Assembly: GCA_964016885.1 (NCBI GenBank)
Contig: OZ024742.1
Span: 217,806,001-217,870,000 of the forward strand
DNA: 64,000 nucleotides
Origin: Eledone cirrhosa
Lineage: Eukaryota
Reading direction: 5' to 3'
This document shows, in pieces, positions 59,669 to 64,000 of the stretch. The notes beneath the pieces were generated by a model that did not search any database, had not been told where the DNA came from, and saw only the letters and a list, made by a program, of their open reading frames with translations. Made by a program: the position numbers and the translations under genes. Every line of letters begins with the position of its first letter. Position 1 is the first letter of the stretch.

Positions 59669-60537
59669 TCTACATTCCTTACATCAAACTAAAATATGTT
59701 GACAATCTTTTAATAATGTCTTCCTTGTGAAATGTGTGGTCTTGTTTTGCTTAACTAATGAATATTTGTATATATATATAGTGAAAGAATGAAGAGTAAC
59801 ATGGTTGGCTGTACAACAAGGGGCTTTATTTCAGGTATTGACAATTGTTTCATTGATCAGGTGAGTCTAGAGATCGCTAATCGCTTGAAGTTGCGTCACT
59901 CGATCTCCATTACATTATTTACCTTTGATCAACACATCAGAATACGTAGATATAAAAATAATTCACTCGAGGCAAGATATATATAGAAGAGTAGCGTATA
60001 ATCAAAACAATAACATCAATAATAAAATATATATGGTAAATAGGTAGAGAAGTTACATATGTAAAAAGTAAAAAGTAAAAGATAAGAAAAGATACATTAA
60101 AAAAGTAAGAAAATAAGAAAATGGAAAATATAAAAAAATAAATAAGGATAAGTGAGAGCATGTAAGTACAGAGTATGCTTGTGGTGGTGGTGAGTAAGTG
60201 TTATATATATATATATATCATAGATTGAGTTAGAAACTCAAAATAGTCTTTTACAATTAAGTAGCTCAAAGAAGGGAATCTTTCCAAGCCCTGTAATATA
60301 ATTGAATATATGAGCAGGATGAACATGTGTTTGAATTGCAAATGACCAAGTTAGCTAGGTTGAAAAAATACTAATTTAAAACAATATGGTTTGCCTGACT
60401 CGATTTAAAGTAATAAATCAATAAAAATAACACACCTATATCGGGCAATAGCCTTTGATACCCGGACAGACCTAAATTTGTTCCGCAAGAATTATTAAGT
60501 GAAAGCCAGAATTCCTGTGCTCTTCTGCGGGTATCCA

Positions 60538-60611
<74 letters not shown>

Positions 60612-60613
<2 letters not shown>

Positions 60614-60960
60614 GATATTAATAAATGGAAACTATATTTATAAAACCATATTTATTTCATTATACATATTTCAGGGATACCATATTAAATTATGGTATGC
60701 CTTCATCAGACAAAATACAATATGTAACAGATTTATAAATAGCTTTGACGTACCCTTTTAAAATACAACCATTACTTTTGGAGGCTGTCTGGATTTAATT
60801 TGGTATCCCTGAAATATGTATAATGAAATAAATATGGTTTTTATAAATATAGTTTCCATTTATTAATATCGTATATCTACTCCAAAAACTTGTCGAGTGC
60901 TTTATATCAGTTATAAAAAATATTTACTTGTTGTAACCCAACAACTTTAAATAGAACTTT

Positions 60961-60964
<4 letters not shown>
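60612..60964. mobile_element. PLE-type fold-back insertion (family G)
   Basis: ~60612-60685 is inverted at ~60800-60872; ~90-nt tail on the right arm; (TA)n flanks. Confidence 0.8.
60653..60717 (-). ncRNA. Type I hammerhead ribozyme (family G)
   Basis: TATTTTGT-CTGATGA-AGGcATACCATA atttaa TATGGTATcCCT-GAAA-TATGTA-TA-ATGAAATA: 8-bp helix I, long helix II, quasi-palindromic helix III. Confidence 0.8.
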
Positions 60965-61015
<51 letters not shown>

Positions 61016-61019
<4 letters not shown>

Positions 61020-63957
61020 TGAAACAAAATGAAAACGAAATTTCATTTCTCACTCTTAGTATGGCACTTACTTAAATGTAAGTATGCATGTATACGTACA
61101 TACATATATGTATACAGACGTACAGTAGCATGCACATATATATATATATATATACATATATACATACATATGCATACAGGTACACATACATATATGCACG
61201 TATCAGTTTAGCGGCGCTAACGTCGCTTTGTTCGTTTGTAAACAAACTGAACAGCCTGAATTTATGCCATACGGTGTTAAGGCAACCACGTCACCTTTTT
61301 GTTCAACACTGACACAGGAACGATGTACTAGTTTCAAGCTGGTTAGCTATCATCAGCACCGTTTACCCATCTGCCAGATAGTTGAACGTTCGAAAGTATA
61401 TACTTTCCTTATGAAAATTAACGGCTGAGCAGCCTAATTTGCATATTGAGTGAGTTAAATCGGTCAGGCATACCGAAAACGATAAATTGAAACAAAATGA
61501 AAACGAAATTTCATTTCTCACTCTTAGTATGGCACTTACTTAAATGTAAGTATGCATGTATACGTACATACATATATGTATACAGACGTACAGTAGCATG
61601 CACATATATATATATATATACATATATACATACATATGCATAGAGGTACACATACATATATGCACGTATCAGTTTAGCGGCGCTAACGTCGCTTTGTTCG
61701 TTTGTAAACAAACTGAACAGCCTGAATTTATGCCATACGGTGTTAAGGCAACCACGTCACCTTTTTGTTCAACACTGACACAGGAACGATGTACTAGTTT
61801 CAAGCTTGTTAGCTATCATCAGCACCGTTTACACATCTGCCAGATAGTTGAACGTTCGAAAGTATATACTTTCCTTATGAAAATTAACGGCTGAGCAGCC
61901 TAATTTGCATATTGAGTGAGTTAAATCGGTCAGGCATACCGAAAACGATAAATTGAAACAAAATGAAAACGAAATTTCATTTCTCACTCTTAGTATGGCA
62001 CTTACTTAAATGTAAGTATGCATGTATACGTACATACATATATGTATACAGACGTACAGTAGCATGCACATATATATATATATATATACATATATACATA
62101 CATATGCATAGAGGTACACATACATATATGCACGTATCAGTTTAGCGGCGCTAACGTCGCTTTGTTCGTTTGTAAACAAACTGTACAGCCTGAATTTATG
62201 CCATACGGTGTTAAGGCAACCACGTCACCTTTTTGTTCAACACTGACACAGGAACGATGTACTAGTTTCAAGCTTGTTAGCTATCATCAGCACCCTTTAC
62301 CCATCTGCCAGATAGTTGAACGTTCGAAAGTATATACTTTCCTTATGAAAATTAACGGCTGAGCAGCCTAATTTGCATATTGAGTGAGTTAAATCGGTCA
62401 GGCATACCGAAAACGATAAATTGAAACAAAATGAAAACGAAATTTCATTTCTCACTCTTAGTATGGCACTTACTTAAATGTAAGTATGCATGTATACGTA
62501 CATACATATATGTATACAGACGTACAGTAGCATGCACATATATATATATATATACATATATACATACATATGCATACAGGTACACATACATATATGCACG
62601 TATCAGTTTAGCGGCGCTAACGTCGCTTTGTCGTTTTCGGTATGCCTGACCGATTTAACTCACTCAATATGCAAATTAGGCTGCTCAGCCGTTAATTTTC
62701 ATAAGGAAAGTATATACTTTCGAACGTTCAACTATCTGGCAGATGGGTAAACGGTGCTGATGATAGCTAACAAGCTTGAAACTAGTACATCGTTCCTGTG
62801 TCAGTGTTGAACAAAAAGGTGACGTGGTTGCCTTAACACCGTATGGCATAAATTCAGGCTGTTCAGTTTGTTTACAAACGAACAAAGCGACGTTAGCGCC
62901 GCTAAACTGATACGTGCATATATGTATGTGTACCTGTATGTATATATGTATATATATATATATATGTGCATGCTACTGTACGTCTGTATACATATATGTA
63001 TGTACGTATACATGCATACTTACATTTAAGTAAGTGCCATACTAAGAGTGAGAAATGAAATTTCGTTTTCATTTTGTTTCAATTTATCGTTTTCGGTATG
63101 CCTGACCGATTTAACTCACTCAATATGCAAATTAGGCTGCTCAGCCGTTAATTTTCATAAGGAAAGTATATACTTTCGAACGTTCAACTATCTGGCAGAT
63201 GGGTAAAGGGTGCTGATGATAGCTAACAAGCTTGAAACTAGTACATCGTTCCTGTGTCAGTGTTGAACAAAAAGGTGACGTGGTTGCCTTAACACCGTAT
63301 GGCATAAATTCAGGCTGTTCAGTTTGTTTACAAACGAACAAAGCGACGTTAGCGCCGCTAAACTGATACGTGCATATATGTATGTGTACCTGTATGCATA
63401 TGTATGTATATATGTATATATATATATATATATGTGCATGCTACTGTACGTCTGTATACATATATGTATGTACGTATACATGCATACTTACATTTAAGTA
63501 AGTGCCATACTAAGAGTGAGAAATGAAATTTCGTTTTCATTTTGTTTCAATTTATCGTTTTCGGTATGCCTGACCGATTTAACTCACTCAATATGCAAAT
63601 TAGGCTGCTCAGCCGTTAATTTTCATAAGGAAAGTATATACTTTCGAACGTTCAACTATCTGGCAGATGGGTAAACGGTGCTGATGATAGCTAACAAGCT
63701 TGAAACTAGTACATCGTTCCTGTGTCAGTGTTGAACAAAAAGGTGACGTGGTTGCCTTAACACCGTATGGCATAAATTCAGGCTGTTCAGTTTGTTTACA
63801 AACGAACAAAGCGACGTTAGCGCCGCTAAACTGATACGTGCATATATGTATGTGTACCTGTATGCATATGTATGTATATATGTATATATATATATATATG
63901 TGCATGCTACTGTACGTCTGTATACATATATGTATGTACGTATACATGCATACTTAC

Positions 63958-63960
<3 letters not shown>
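61016..63960. mobile_element. Tandem array of ~456-468-bp non-coding hammerhead-bearing monomers with a central inversion (candidate non-LTR retrozyme)
   Basis: Units start at 61016, 61484, 61950 and 62418. Orientation flips at ~62630/62631, followed by ~2.9 units on plus. One hammerhead per unit; (TA)n on both flanks. Confidence 0.85.
62751..62793 (+). ncRNA. Minimal type I hammerhead of the 468-bp repeat (also 63207-63249 and 63675-63717 on plus; 61320-61362, 61786-61828 and 62254-62296 on minus)
   Basis: ACGGTG-CTGATGA-tAGCT aaca AGCTt-GAAA-CTAG-TA-CATCGT: 6-bp helix I, 4-bp helix II, palindromic ACTAGT helix III, predicted GUA cleavage after 62787. Confidence 0.9.

Positions 63961-64000
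<40 letters not shown>

Noticed and set aside
59782-59866. Possible ~80-nt host exon ending CAG|GTGAGT
   Set aside because: Weak acceptor, no recognisable protein, and no partner exons.
61029-63947. Repeated 60-112-aa ORFs in the 468-bp array
   Set aside because: They are antisense to the ribozyme, frames vary with microsatellite length, and there are no domains.

Overview
This is AT-rich eukaryotic DNA dominated by repeats, with no convincing host gene. The SINE family and the extreme (TA)n/(CA)n load suggest a coleoid cephalopod such as an octopus (inference). Nearly all ORFs of the IYIY/CVCV/HTHT type are microsatellite translations. Recognisable elements are: two head-to-tail L1/Tx1-type LINEs (21.2-32.8 kb), an R4/Dong-type RLE LINE (55.7-59.2 kb, minus), RTE fragments, a DD37D mariner relic, two non-autonomous Helitrons, a hAT-like MITE, many tRNA-derived SINEs, and a large set of Penelope-like element (PLE) insertions. 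The main hidden structure is a set of self-cleaving ribozymes. At least six sequence-distinct repeat families carry minimal type I hammerhead ribozymes, sit in (TA)n tracts, and mostly share one fold-back architecture in which one inverted arm lacks the last ~55-90 nt. The ~468-bp 'satellite' at 61.0-64.0 kb has one intact-looking hammerhead per monomer and no ORF, so it is a candidate octopus retrozyme (circular-RNA retroelement) mobilised by PLE machinery. Much of the apparent microsatellite sequence is actually the copied 3' region of one PLE family. All folding and alignments were done by eye, and coordinates may be off by a few bases.
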